From: Microbotryum violaceum
Lineage: Eukaryota
DNA length: 64,000 nucleotides
Direction: 5' to 3'
Assembly: GCA_001244265.2 (NCBI GenBank)
Contig: LN717261.1
Span: forward strand, 744,001 to 808,000
The notes below the pieces were generated by a model that was given only the letters and a program-made list of their open reading frames with translations, did no database searches and was not told the origin of the DNA. Both the position numbers and the translations under genes were made by a program. Below, one piece after another: positions 20,151 through 34,280 of this stretch (positions are counted from its first letter, which is position 1; the number at the start of each line of letters is the position of its first letter).

Positions 20151-21439
20151 GGGATTGATTAGTAAACAATTTATTCTTTACTTATGCATACTCGTAATGC
20201 TTGATTCATTTGTAATCACTTTTGCGGTCATTCTCTCGCTGCAATCGGGTGCGGTTTTCACATGCAATACAGTACAAGGCTAAATAAAAAACGTAATCTG
20301 ACATCTGCTACTCAAAACTGCTCTAGACATGCATACAAGGCACCTACCGGACGTCGTGGCTGCGCCCAATGATGGCCAACACTTCATTTTGTTGGGGCCA
20401 ATAGAGCGTGTCAATGGCCTGCTTTATTTTCAAGACTTTAGTACTAATAGCTAGCAAGTAGCCGAGAGAGAGCGGTTGACCCAGACCTGCTGCTATGGTA
20501 AGCTGTTGGGGACATTGTCAGTGAACCACAAGCGAGTCAGCTGAGCCCCTGACTCCAAGGCTCTGATGCCAAAAAGCGACCGAGCGGCTCGAAGATGAAC
20601 TGGTGGTGACTCACGTTGGGCTATAAAATGCATTTGTATGATCGTGTTCTGTACAAAACTAGTTGATGGTCAGTGTATGGCCTTGAGCCGTCAACAGCCT
20701 GGTGGAGGCGTAGGAGGCTCACTATGGTGTCCAACAAACGAATCTAACTACGACAGAGATGGAGAATTGACAAGCCTCAGCACGAACATCAGCAAAGCTA
20801 GAAGCGACAAAACAAGGGAAGAAGAGCTTCTAACGAGGTCGGAGGTGTGGGACGAGAGGGAGAGACTAACCCGAACCGGCACAGGGGCTAGCCAGTCAGC
20901 CCATCTGGGGAAGGAATGTAAAGCCCACCAGAGAGCAAGTCAGCTAGGCAAAGTATTGCGGTCATGGATCGAAGATTCGATAAGTGGAGAGTGAATCATA
21001 TCACACACTGTACAGTTAAGAGTGGAATGGCAACGGGCGAGAGTGCGTAGACAGGAGAAGTCCCGCCCGTCGAGACAGGACAACTGTGCACAACAAGGGT
21101 GACGACGCTCCGGACAGTGGGTTGGGGAGCCCGTAAGGACCTTGTCGTTTGCTACTCACCTGATGTCTCGGTTGTTTAACCCGTGCCGGTGGGTTTGACG
21201 AGTGGTGGAAACCAAGTGATTGTAGTAGCAGCATGCAGGCGAGGTCAAGTCGAGTCAGGTCGACCAGGAACGTGGCCCATTGGTCACACCATCAAATTGC
21301 CCGTACCAAACATGCCCATGGGCAATAGAGTACGAAGGCAGGAACAGTCCTTCATCATGAGTCGAGGCTAACCGTTGAGTAAGGGTCAGCGGACGTCGCC
21401 TCGCCAATGATGACTGGGGACCCTCTTGCAACTGGGTGA

Positions 21440-24400
21440 GCAAAGTACATCGCCAATTCGATCTCTGAGGAACAGATGTCTCACTTGATTCATCTTACCT
21501 CGGCGTACGAGATGTGGGACACCCTCCGTGGACTCCACTCTCACGGTCGCCCGAGTCGCACTATGGACCTCCTCAACACTCTAGCGCAACCTTACTCTGG
21601 GGATATTCCTTTTAAGGAATTCGTCAACAAGGTCAAGATCACCATGACCGATTTTTAGAACCTCGGAGCTCCGTTTCCGCATTGGCTGTTTGCAGGCATG
21701 CTCGTTTGGTCGCTCCCAGCCCAGTATGACTCGATCGTTGGGAACCTTGCCTCCGACATCAACATCCACATGGATTGGAACACGTTCTATCCGAAACTCC
21801 TGATGAACGTCGAAATGGCGGATTCCCGAAACAAACAAAAGGAATCGTTATCCGCTCGGATCGTTGACAATACTAGCCTCGTCGCCCGTATTTCCACCAC
21901 GGCGCAAAAGGACTACTCCAAGTCGTATTGTTCGCGCTGCAAAGCACTGGGACACGAGCGTGGTTGGCATCTCTGTCCAAGCAGGAACAAGGATGCGAGC
22001 GCTCCCGCTTCCTCGGACTCAAATTCAAACGTAGCTGCCATTGGTGCAGATGAATCTGCATTGATGACCTACATTTTCCCCGATTCGCGAACGATGCCAC
22101 ATTTTCCATGGATCATTGACTCGGGTGCTAAGGTCCATTACGTTGGAGACAAGTCGGTCCTATTGGACGTTGTCTCTGAGCCTCTCAAAATTTCTGTCGC
22201 CGATCAATCTCAAATTGAATCTCCCGGTCATGGCTCAGTGACGTTTCTTACCGCATATGGCGCTCGTATCACCATTAAGAGGGTCTACTACATGCCCGGT
22301 GCTCAATGCGGTTTTATCTCCATCGACCGTCTGTTGGAATCGATGACGTACGCTGTTGGTCCCCAAAGCAATCTCATTTTCAGCATCCGCGGCAAGTCGA
22401 TTCTGCGCTCGCTTCCTGGTCGGGGGTTTGTCATGGATGCAGCTCCCGTTCAGCCTATCATGTCATCCTCACCGCCTTCAATGGTCGGAGCCAATCTTCT
22501 CACTGGAACCTGTACCTTGATGGAAGCACATCGGAAGTTGGGCCAACAATCTCCTGCGGCGATCGTTTTGGCCGTCAAATCCGGGGCTATCACTGGCATC
22601 ACTCTGAAGGACGAAAGGGTTACTCCTTGCTTCTCGTGCATCCAGGCCAAGTCAAAGCGATCACCTTTCTCCAACAAGAGTACCGAAGCGCCTCATGCAC
22701 TATACCGCGTCTTCATCGATCTCGGGTTTGTCAAACATCCCAATCACCATGGCAATACTATCTATCTCGCTATCGTGGATCAGTATTCGACGGCTAAATG
22801 GACGGTCGTGCTAAAGGACAAGAGGGCTGAGACGATTATCGAAGCATGGTCGAAATTTCAAGCCGAGTCCGAGCGTCAAACGGGTCAGAAAATCAAGAGG
22901 GTCAGATCGGACAATGGTCGTGAATTTGACAACTCATTGTTCCGGGCTCTTCTTGAAAAGCAGGGCATCATCGTGGAATTCACGGCCCCCTATACTCCGG
23001 AGCAAAATGGTCAAGTAGAGCGACTCAATGGATCTCTCATGGGTCTTGTTCGATCAATGCTCCTCGACTCCGGTCTTCCCATGCGATTCTGGTCAGATGC
23101 TCTGCCCGTCGCGACATTTGTTCTCAATCGTCGACCACATCCTCGTATTCAAGGAAAAACGGCAATCGAAGTTCTTCTCGGCAAGAAGCCTAGTCTTGCT
23201 CATCTTCAGCCATTCGGACCTACGGCGTTTGCGCACGTTCCCAAGGAGCGTCGCTCCAAGCTTGAACCTTGCTCCATTCAGGGAGTTTTCATCGGGTACT
23301 CCGGTGAATACAACTACCGTGTCTGGGTCCAATCGTCGAAACAGGTCTACGTTTCGCGTCACGTCACATTCCTTGAGACTCCTTCCGTCGTCACTTCGTC
23401 TCAAGATCGTGCGGACGCTTCTGATCCCGTTCATCATTCTCAACCTCCTCATCCTCCTCATCCTCCGCCAGATGTGTTGCCGTCTACACCAACTTCACCT
23501 GTTGTGGATCCAACTTTGCCGGATCCACAGCCTCCTCCGGTGGTTCCAATTGGAGTTGGTCAACAGGGGGGGTATCTTGCAGTCGTTCCTCGTAAGGATG
23601 ACAACAATGACGACAACGATGGACTCGACGATGGACCTGATAACTATCATGACGCAGAAGAACCACTCGACGGTGAGGCGGAAGTCGCTCTCGCTCCTCG
23701 TGAAGGTTACGCCATTGTTCGCACTGGTCCAAATCCTGGCCAATTTGAGAATGTTGATCCAGTTAAATTTCGGTGCTAGGCAACCTTTGGTCCAGGGAGA
23801 CGAGAACACAAACTTCAGTCAACGGTCAATAGCAGAGTCAATGATTGGTCAATTACACACCTTTGGTCCAGGGAGACGAGAACACGAACTTCAGTCAACA
23901 ATCAATAGCAGAGTCAATGATTGGTGAGGAACCAATCAAGAGGACTCCGCACCGCCGCTGACCCAGTCCGCACCTCCCTGGCCAAAATGGCTTAAACTAC
24001 CCAAAAACCCCAAAGACGCTTCTAGCCATTACTGCTCGCGCAGTCCCTTCCAACATCCTTCCTGCTGGTTCTCGTCGTCGACCTCAACCTCCGGAAAATA
24101 TACTTCCCATCATTTCGGCTATCATGGTCGATGTCTTGGATACTCCACCCATGTTCCACGACAAGCTTTCCTATGATGCCTACTGTGCTGCCGTGTTCAC
24201 TGAAGAAGACATCGAGATACCCAAGACATTCGAGGAAGCCATGAAGTCACCCTATCGCAACCATTGGAGTGCGGCAATGGTCTCAGAACTTCTACAATTC
24301 GATCATCATGGAGTCTTTCAGGAAGTCAAGTGGCACGAAGGAATTCGGGTACTCGGCACGATCTGGGTCTACAGTAACAAGCGCGATGCAAACGGCAAAG

Positions 24401-25963
24401 TCATTCGTTTCAAAGCTCGTCTCGTTGCTCAAGGATTTACTCAACGCCCAGGCATCGACTACCATGACACCTACGCTCCTGTCGCTTGTTCTTCGACGAT
24501 TTTGTTCTTGATTGCTCTGGCTGCTGCTCAGGGCCTGTATCTCGAACAGTTCGATTTCGACTGCGCCTTTCTCAACGGCAAGATGACCAAGGATGTCTAT
24601 GTTCGATACCCAAAAGGATGGAATCGTCCTCAATCCCCTGGCAAGTGCCTCAAGCTCGCGGTTCCATGTATGGCACCAAACAGGCGCCCCGTGAATGGTA
24701 TCGAGCCGTCAACAATCTCATGGTGTCTCGAGGCTACATGAGGGCAACTGTCGATGCTTGCCTCTACATCAAACATTCGGGCACTTCGTTTGCTATCATC
24801 ACTCTCTATGTTGACGACGGTCTCATCACGTCCAACAATCAGTCCTTCTTGGACTCCGAGCTCGGATCGCTTCACAAGGCCTTCCAGCTCAAGCGTCTCG
24901 GACCCGTCTCCTACTTCCTGGGCTTCGAAAGTCATCGCACCAAAGATTACATTCTCGTTCACCAAAGCAAGTATGTCCGCACTTTGCTCAAGAAGTGCGA
25001 TTTCGCTTCTCCATCCAAGTGCCGTGCAGTCACACCCATGGACGATCGCCCCTCGCTTCGAATCGATGCTACTCCATTTGCCGATGTGTCATTGTACCAA
25101 TCGGCTGTGGGTTCCCTGCAGTACGCGTCCACTTGATGTCAACCCGATATCGCGATTGCTGTTTGTGCCGTTGCTCAAAAGAACTCCTGTCCAACTGTTG
25201 ACAATTGGGCTGCGGTGAAGCATATATTTTGCTACTTCAACAGCACCATCAATTTGGGAATTCTTTATCGAAACAGTTCCACAACTTGATTGATGGTCTA
25301 CTCCAATGCCTTGTTAGCGGATGACCCGGAATCTCGCAGATTGGTGGGAGCCTATGCATCAATGCTCGCTGGCGGCGTTATCTCCTGGCAGTCGAAGCAA
25401 CACTCTATGATTGCTACATCCACAACCAAAGCCGAAATCCTCTCTGCATCCTCAGCCACTCGTGAAGCAATCTGGCTCCGTTGTTTGGCTGGTGATGTCG
25501 GCATTCCACAAGCACAGCCTACTATCATTCAAGAGGACAACGCTGCATGCATCCAGATCGCCAAGGATCCGGTCGATCACATGCAAACCAAGCACTTTGA
25601 CATTGCTCATTTGTTCGTTTGAGAACGGGTTGCTTCTGGCGAGGTCAAACTTGAATACTGCCCTACCCACGTCAATGCCGTGGATATTATGACAAAACCT
25701 TTGGGATTTCAACGCTTTGATCAACTTTGTGCGCTACTTGGAATGGTCTTGTTAGTCTCTTTGACCGGTGGGAGTGTTAGAAGTGGGGTCTGAAAGCCTA
25801 ACTCATTGCTATTAGTCTTGGTTAATACTTTATTCTGCGCGCGCGCCTATCTTTGTCTTTGCATCTTTTTTCCTTCTGGGTTCCTCCTCCACGCTATTCT
25901 CATCATCTCACTTGTGTATCTCGGAGCTGAGTCGTGGAGTACCTCTTAGTCCTTGTTGCAACA
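21440..25963 (+). mobile_element. Degenerate Ty1/Copia (no 5' LTR; 189-bp 3' LTR 25775-25963)
   Basis: [38 protein letters not shown]; stops and frameshifts; LTR matches solo LTR 62209-62397. Confidence 0.93.
23761..24047. mobile_element. 287-bp insertion in the Copia containing a 67-bp direct repeat
   Basis: Removal restores ENVDPSNILPAGSRRRP; repeats at 23783-23849 and 23859-23925. Confidence 0.7.
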
Positions 25964-26600
25964 GAATGGTTCGTTCATTCGCGTTGGTCAAGATCTACGG
26001 CATGGCTCGGGAAGGAAGGTCGCTCGTTTCTGGTCAATATCCTTGTGTCAACGCAAGACTCGTTTCGTTGTACTGGATCGCTTTTCTCTTGGCCCCGACG
26101 GCTCAACAGCCAGCACTCGAGATTCAGCCAAGGGAGGACATCAGGCGCTGTCGGGGTGACGAGTAGCTGGGGCTTGGCTGCGGCCTGTTAGTCCCTGGGG
26201 ACCTCTACCTCCGGCTTCGACCCCCTCCCTTGGCCCCTCGGGTGTGTTCCCCTCCTCTCTGTCTTAGTATTCCTGGTTCTCCGTATCCCCAGTCGTGACT
26301 TTCTGTATACTCTCCCCCTTCTTTCTCTAGGCGCTCTTGCCTGGTTTTTGAGTATCTTCGCTCCCGCTCTTGGGACATGAAGCGGCAGCAGTACTCACCG
26401 CCCATTGGAGTCCGCGTTAGGTGCTCGGCGGGTTTTGATCTGCGCAGCGCTCTTTGCGTGCAGGGGTTTGACTTTCACCCAACTGCTTGCCGTCGTTGCT
26501 TTATAATCTCCTTTAGCTCTTTTTGTAGCGGTCCCAGCCAACCCGAAGGATAGCGATTTATGAGCCCCAGTCAAAAAAAAATAAAATAAAAAACAAAAAA
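25964..26600 (+). mobile_element. Possible 3' end of a non-LTR element with an A-rich tail
   Basis: Pyrimidine-rich UTR-like tract followed by an A-rich run at about 26573-26600, directly before the Helitron coding sequence. Confidence 0.35.
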
Positions 26601-28358
26601 TCCCCTCAGCCAAAACGCTATTGCAACAGAGGCAGCTTGGCGAGTGCGAGATGAAAACAGTGTATTGCAACGTACAATAGATAACGCCAACGCCAACCCA
26701 CAAACCGGAACGGCCGGATCCAAACGTGTGACACAGAGCCAATTCAAAGTGTATTACTTCCATATTTGTCCTCACAATATCAGTTACCCAATGTTGTTCC
26801 TTGAGGGCCGGTTGTTCCATGCGGACGCCTGGGCATTGACTGAACAAGAACGGATGAGAACCAATCAGAAAAAGCTCAGAGCCGAAGAGTATTTGTCCCT
26901 TCAAGCAAGCCTGGCTGAAGGACTCGATCCCGCGCAGATTGGCAAAAGAGTCATTCTATCATCATCACACACCGGTTCGCCACGCCAAATGGTCCAACTT
27001 TACCAAGATGCTATGGCTATTGTTTGTGTTTTTGGTGCTCCGGACATATTCATCACAATGACATGCAACCCTGCCTGGTCGGAAATTGTCAACACTTTGC
27101 TTCCTGGCCAAACCGCATCCGACCGTCCCGACATAGTAGCACGGGTCTTTCACAGTAAATTGAAAGCTCTTCTTGCGGATGTATTAGGCGTTGGTCATGC
27201 ACCGGGAGTCTTTGGAAAGGTATGTCAATCGGATTGGTCAATATAAAATGGATACGATGCTTATGAGCCTCAATCATTTCCGCAGGTCATTGCATATGTC
27301 TATGTTGTCAAATTTCAAAAGCGCGGGCTGCCTCACGCCCAGATCCTTTTGATCATCGATGCAGAAGACAAACCAAAAACAAATGACAACTACAACAAGA
27401 TAGTCACCGCAGAAATACCGGACCGCAACAAATTCCCTGCATTGTTTGAGACCATCACAAACTCCATGCTACACCGGCGATGTGATCGTCCCGGCAAGCA
27501 TACCTGCCATGACGACCATGGAAAATGTACCAAACGGTTTCCAAAACGACTCCAACCGCACACGACCAGCAAAGACGGTGGCTATCCACACTACCGGCGT
27601 CGCGGCATACACCAGTATGTCAAATTCACAGGCACAGCGCAAGAAGAAGTTTATACGGATGCAAATGGTGTTCCAACAAATCCGTTTCTTGCGTCCAAGT
27701 ACAACTGTCACGTTAACGTGGAAATCGCAAGCGGCGTTGCCACGATCAAGTACCTGTACAAGTATATTTACAAGGGCCACGGCGCTACTTCATTCACGAT
27801 CAACGAACCCGGAGCTCAAGACAAAATCAACGACTTCCTTGACGCTCAATATGTTTGCACCCCCGAAGCCATTCACCGGATATTTCGATTCGGGATGCAC
27901 GATCGGGATCCCGCAGTGGCCAGACTTGCGCTGCACCTCCCGTATGAGCAACAAGTTCGGTTCGTCCCAGATCACGGAGCACCGGACTTATCAACGCCAC
28001 TGGAAACAACTTTAACCGCCTTCATCAAATTGTGTGCCAAGACGCCACCCAAACACAACGCACAAGATTTGCTTTACGTCAACGTGCCAACCCAATTCGC
28101 ATGGAACAAGGAAGATTGAGCTTGGGTTCCACAAAAAGTTGACAACCGCTACTTTTGTGGTCCTGAAGGCGGAGAGCGATACTACTTGCGACTACTTCTT
28201 CTCAAGGTGCCTTCTCCGACATCTTTTGCCGATCTGAAGACTTTCAATGGTGTTGAGTTTTGTTGTTGTAGGAGCGTCTCTAGTTACGTGGCGTCGATGG
28301 ACGACCTATTGTGAGATAGTGAGTCGCTAAAGGTCAATTGACTGTAACAGAGCGACTA

Positions 28359-28577
<219 letters not shown>

Positions 28578-29218
28578 CTAGCCTCTCCGGAGCGCTCAGC
28601 ATCCCTAGGCCTCTCCGTGAGTCCTCAGAAGTTTTCCACCCCTCAAGCGTATTTGCATCCGCGCCGCTTACTCCTCCTTGGTTCCGCACCGTCGACGCTT
28701 TCTGTTGTCAGCCCGCTGCTCCAGCACTGCCACCCTCTGCTAAGGGTCAGTTAGCCACCACCTTAGGATCCTCATCCAAGCAATCCGTTGCTCACGCGAA
28801 GCCCCCCTCGCACAGGATTTACAGCAGCCGCTGCCTCCAGAAAACCCTCGACGCCCGCAGGCCCTGCCATGCGCTCGAGGTAAGTGTCCAGATTACGCTC
28901 GGCTAGTTGCACGACGTACTCATTGTTCACTTGCATCACAGCAGTCTCCGCACAACATTTTGTACGAAACTGCCCTTCCTACCGGAACGCCCAAGTTGGA
29001 CGATCCAAGCTGACACCTAGCATTCTATAGGCTACCTCCGCCGAGACCGCACTAAGTGCTTCAATTCTCATTGACACTTGTGCTACGCCTCGCAAAGGTA
29101 CGCTAACACGCTACGCAAAGCCCATGTCATAGTTGCACATCACTAAATACAATCTTTGCTATGCCTCGCAAAGACCTCTGTTTTGAGCTTCCAAAGCGCA
29201 ACGTCCCGCCGCGCCATC

Positions 29219-31064
29219 ATGTCTGCCCCGCTTTACGACAAGAATAACCCCATTCCCGGGACTCTTCCGCAAGCAACGCAGACTGTCAAATTGGTCTTCG
29301 ACGCGCTCGATGACGGCTGCTTAACGCAGGAGGCCCAAACCGACCTGATCTCGAAACTGAGCAATGATGCCGGGCCGCCTAGAAGGAACTTGTCCGCGGA
29401 GGCCAAACTGTCTTTTTGGCTTGCCCAAGTTCACGCCATCCCCCTCGGCGTCAAACTTTCGCTTGAGACAACTAGCAACCTTCACCCAGTGGTAGCCTCA
29501 GCCCTCGTTTCCGAAGACCCAGACGCTTTCTTCGCGGCCAGCAGCTCGCGCTACTGGACCAACGACGGGCTATACCGAAGGAGAGCTCCCTCAGCGCTGG
29601 CTCAGACCCTCACGGACAGCAACACACCCGGTACCGACCCCGCCCCTGGGGCGCGCCCTGCGCCACCTGGCACGACGATGCGACCGCAGACCGTGCCCAT
29701 CGAAGGTGTGGGTGATGTCCCGGCATACCGCGTGAACGACCTTCCGAGAGGCACCGACGACAAATTTCTCGCTGTTGACCACTTGTTCGTCGACTCCACC
29801 CAGCTTGACATGGCGGATTTCCCTGCTGGTTGCGTGTTCCAGATGATTCCCTTGCCAAAGGGTACTCTTGTCTCAACCCAAGCCGCAATCGACGAAGACG
29901 AGTGGGTGGATGAGGAAAGTCAGCGAATGGATCAGCTCATACAACTCGCCGGCTCCGCCCCCGCTTAACCTCCGATCTCGCGTGCGCAAACGGCGCCGTC
30001 GCAGGTTCTTAGCTCGCGTTTCCCGACAGTGCAACAACAGCTCGGCGTAGTGCCGCCCCTGCCGGCCGGCTCTCAGACCCCTCTCGTTGGTGTCCTCGAG
30101 GTCGAGGATGAGTCCCGTCGCTACCGCCTAGGCCGCCTCACCGCCGCTCGATTCACGCCGGCCTATTCCTCCGACCCCAAGGTGATCGAACGGCTTTGGC
30201 AAGAGGAGGCCGGGACCAAGCACGCCACCTCCCCCGCAATGACCCAACTCGGCTCGAGACGGCCGCGGGAGTGTCCCGTACCCAGCTGCAACGCCAGAGA
30301 GTCATCAAGATGGACGTCATTGAAGTGATGAAAATCATGTTGGGCGGCTTTGTCGACATCAGCGATGTCGTGCACCGCCAAGAAGCCGAGCTTTTCGACT
30401 CGTACACCAACAACAACGGTATCAAGTTCAAGGGGATCCAGGCCCGGGCTCAAAAAAAGCGTCGAGGACCAAGCCTCCTGTCACCGACGACTCCGAGTTC
30501 ATCCGAGCACTCAAGGAGATCGAAGCGGTGGAAAACGCAGTCTTTGGCACATACGACGGCGCCGACTGGACACACTACCTGAAGTTCCTTGACGAGATGC
30601 ACGCCGGCGCTCAAAACAGCTTCAAGGGCGCCAAACTTCCCATCGCTTTCGACGATTGCTTTTGCCGCATGCGCGCCAAACCAAACAACAGAGCCACCTC
30701 CCTCCTCGAAGCGAGCAAGTCCCACGCGGCGTACGTTAACACTATCCTCTTGGCCGCAGCCCTGCCAAACAATCCCGAGCTTGAGGAGCGTACATTTCGG
30801 CGGGTTCGAGGCTCATCCCAGGAGACGAACACCCGCACCAAGAAAAGCAAATCATCCAATGGCAAGGATTGGATCTGTATCCGCTACAACAGACGACAGC
30901 CGCATCCACTTGCATCCTGCGGTCGCAAGCATGTTTGCCTCGATTGCAAGGCAAAGGACCACCGATCTGGTGATAGCGGTTGCCCGAATCTCGAGATTGG
31001 GATCGGACACAAACTCGCAAAGATGGCAGCCAAATCTTCCGCTCGTTCTGCCGCTCGGCAATAG
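29219..31064 (+). pseudogene. YR-element ORF1 (gag-like), frameshifted, C-terminal Cys/His finger
   Basis: Consecutive ORF pieces ending in CIRYN...CGRKHVCLDC...H. Confidence 0.65.
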
Positions 31065-33243
31065 ATTCCTAGAAGACGGCGACAGCTCGGAAGACCAGGT
31101 CCCCCTGTCACCCCACCATGATTCGCCCTACGACTCATGGTCGCCTCCTGTTCACCCTCCCCCCTCCCTCCTTGCTGGCATCGGGCCGGCACCCCGCATT
31201 CAGCGTCGATTCCATTTCGGTCCCACCCACCACACCCTTTCTCTCCTCCACCGCGTCCGGCCTGGCAGGGCCGCTCGCGTGCGCGACCTACACCCCAGCG
31301 CAACTTCATCTCATCCGGCGGGCACACCGCATGTACCCGTCCCAATTCAGTTTCGTCCGCACAATTGACGACACGAAATTCGAAACTCTTCTCCTCCAAC
31401 ATCCCAATCGCGCCCTCGTCCGATCGTTCATTCACAGTTTCCGGTCAGAAGGATTTGAACCAGAGCACGATGGCAGCGTGGCCTTTGGGGACGACCCCGC
31501 AACACTCACCTTCCCGCGTTCGGAAGATCATTGCAGCTTCATCCAGACAACAATCGACGACGAAGTTGCCAAAGGCTGGCTTTCTCCCGGCACCGCATTC
31601 CCCATTCCCGGCGCTACCTATAGCCCGGTCTTTGTGGTTGAGTCAGCCAACCACAGAATGCGAGACGTCGCCGATCACACAAGGTCTGGCCTCAATGATG
31701 GCATATCTCGTGCGGCTTGCCCGACGGTCTACGACTCTATCATTGACTTCATTTGTCTGCTCCGGTAGCACCGCTTCGCCACCAGCTTGCTCTCGGCTAA
31801 CTTGGTCCTGTGGAAGCTCGACGTCTCTTCGGCATTCAAAGTCCTCGTGATGTCTAAGGATTGGCAGGTCCGCCAGGGCATAGCGATACGCTGCCAATTG
31901 CCTGACGGGGCACTGGTTACGTGGTATCATATCGAATGGCGCGGGGTCTTCGGATGTTGCGCAATACCCTTCCTCTGGACACGTTTCATGTCACTTGTCG
32001 TTTGGATAGCTCATCACTCCTACGGCATTGAGCACCCCCTTGCCTACATGGACAACACCTTTGGGGTCGATATCGAGGGCCGTCTAGTTTCTTTTGTTCA
32101 TAACGGTGAGACCCATGTCATTCCCTCACAGCAAGCGCGGATGGCAACTCTCTGGAGCTCGCTCGGGCTCCCGTTCAAGTGAAAGGCACGAGATCGCTCT
32201 CGAGCCTCACTGATTCCGAGTTCGAACAGAAAGGATCAAACGGTGTAATCGCAGGCGAAGATAAACTACTCAAAAGACTAAGGTCAAGAGGCGCCCATGG
32301 CGCTGCGCGCAGGGTGGCTTGAGGGGGTCGTGAGGCGCTAGTGGAGCCGCGCCTTACATCAAGCTCACGCCCGACAAAGCCCCCTTTGGCCAACGCGTGA
32401 CCATCACGGGTATATACTGCGACCTCGACGACTTCTCGATCTCCCTCACACCGAAAGCAGTCAACGACCTTGCTACGGCCATCCAGGCTTTCCTGGACTT
32501 CCCCGGTAGGTGCCCACCTCTGCAGCAATGGCGCCAAATGACAGGCTGGCTCAGCTGGGCTCTGAACGTCGCCCCTCAAGCCCGCCCACACGTTACTCCG
32601 CTGTACAACAAGATTGGCACAAAAACCGCAGCCCAACGCTGGTGTCCCAATCAACCTGGAAGTCCGCGAGGCGCTCACCTCCATTGCCCACCTGTTGGCG
32701 GCCACCCCAAAGCTTGACCTCAACGTGACCAGCCTCGCCCGTTGGTCTTTTTCCGACGCAGATCTCGTCATCTACACGGACGCCTGTCTCCATAACGACG
32801 ACGACACAGGCCCCGGGCTGGGATTCTGGTTCGCGTTGCCCGGGCAGTGCCACTACTTCGCCGCTCGCCCCGGTTGATCCTGCGAACGCATCCAGTTCGT
32901 GGAAGCCCTCACCGTCATGGTTGCCCTCGACCTTGCAACATCGGGCGCCTTCGGCTCCTCCCGGCGCGTTCTGATGCGCACCAACTCCGCCCCCGCGGTG
33001 TACGCCCTCTACTCGGGCGCCTGTTCCAACACCAAGTTCCTCCCGTTGCGTACTCTGACCCTGCGAGCTTTCGCCACCGCTTCCTCTCGGCGCCTCGACC
33101 TCAAAGTCCAACACGTCGCTGGTAAGCTCAACACAACAGCCGATGACCTGTCTCGTCTCCCGCTTGCGCAACTTTGCCGCGATTTCCCCGCCATTCATGA
33201 CTTTGACCCCTCCCTGCGCATGCTGGAGGGGACGCCGTTATGA
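31050..33243 (+). pseudogene. YR-element reverse transcriptase / RNase H
   Basis: LWKLDVSSAFK, YMDN (for YMDD), IYTDAC, FVEAL, NTTADDLSR; stops, frameshifts and an LTR insertion. Confidence 0.9.
32180..32358. repeat. Solo LTR (179 bp) inserted in the RT
   Basis: TG...CA termini; TSD TCAAG; removal restores PFKLTPDKAPFG. Confidence 0.93.
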
Positions 33244-34280
33244 CACCCACAACACCAGGGGTCGGACGAGGCGTATCCTTCGCCTCCCGGCCCCTGCCCG
33301 GACCGCGTCTACACACGGTCCATCCGCTCGCGGACGACATTGCGTTCTCCGACGAGCTTGTGGCTCGGGCGCTCGAACCTCGCACTCGCTCGGACTATCA
33401 GCGCTCCCTCCGGTAGTGGATCGCTTACGTCATGGGTCAGCGGGACATGGGCTACGCGATCGATTGTTACCCAATGGTGTCAACCTTCCGTGCATTCATT
33501 GCTCACCGCTACCGCTCGGTGACCGCCGTCCACCAAACACTCTCCGGTCTCGCGCATTGGTTCGGCCCGCTCATGGGCTCGGAGTGGGAAGAAGTGCGCT
33601 CTAATTGCCTGGTCCGGGCTGCAATCGTTGGCGGTCAAAAGCTCTGGCGGCACGCACCTGTCCGGGCGAACCCGCTCCCGTTCGACGTGCTCAGTACCAC
33701 GCTCCGGCGCGCTCGCTCTGACCCATTGCTTGACTATGGCCGTTTGTGCTTCCTCGCAATGCTCGCCTTGGGCTTCGGTGCTTTTGCAAGGAGTGGCGAG
33801 CTTACCCTGCCCGACACTATTCGCTTCCGAGACGCCGACAAGCTGCCCAGCTGCGACTCCGTCATTGTCTCAAAGACAGGTTTCCGGGTCCGCCTTCCCT
33901 ACCATAAAGCTGACCCACGATGGCAAGGCTCGTTTCTGCAGGTGGTCACCAGGGCAACCTGCCCCCACTTTATCGATGTGCTCTCTCTGTTCCTTGCTGC
34001 TCGTGACTTCCGGTTCCGGACCATGGGAGTCGGTGCGAAGCTCTTTCTGACGTCGTCCGGGGTGCCGCCGACACAAAATTGGTTCATCACTCGTTTGCAT
34101 GCGGAGTTCGGTCACAAATACTCTGTTCACTCGCTTCACTCAGGTGGTGCTACTCACTACGCAATATTGGGTTTCCTCCTGGCCAAAATCCAGCGGATTG
34201 GATGTTGGAAGTCAGTGGCTTGGGAGGAATACGTCCGCATCTCCCCCGACCTCAACATGGCTCTCCTAGCTCGGCGGTAA
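33240..34280 (+). pseudogene. Tyrosine recombinase (premature TAG near 33414)
   Basis: ALEPRTRSDY, ARSGEL, HKAD, HSLHSGGAT (HxxR with R>H), GCWKS.AW..Y. Confidence 0.92.

Noticed and set aside
20160-21440. Possible gene or LTR upstream of the Copia
   Set aside because: No motif, repeat partner or convincing ORF found; left unannotated
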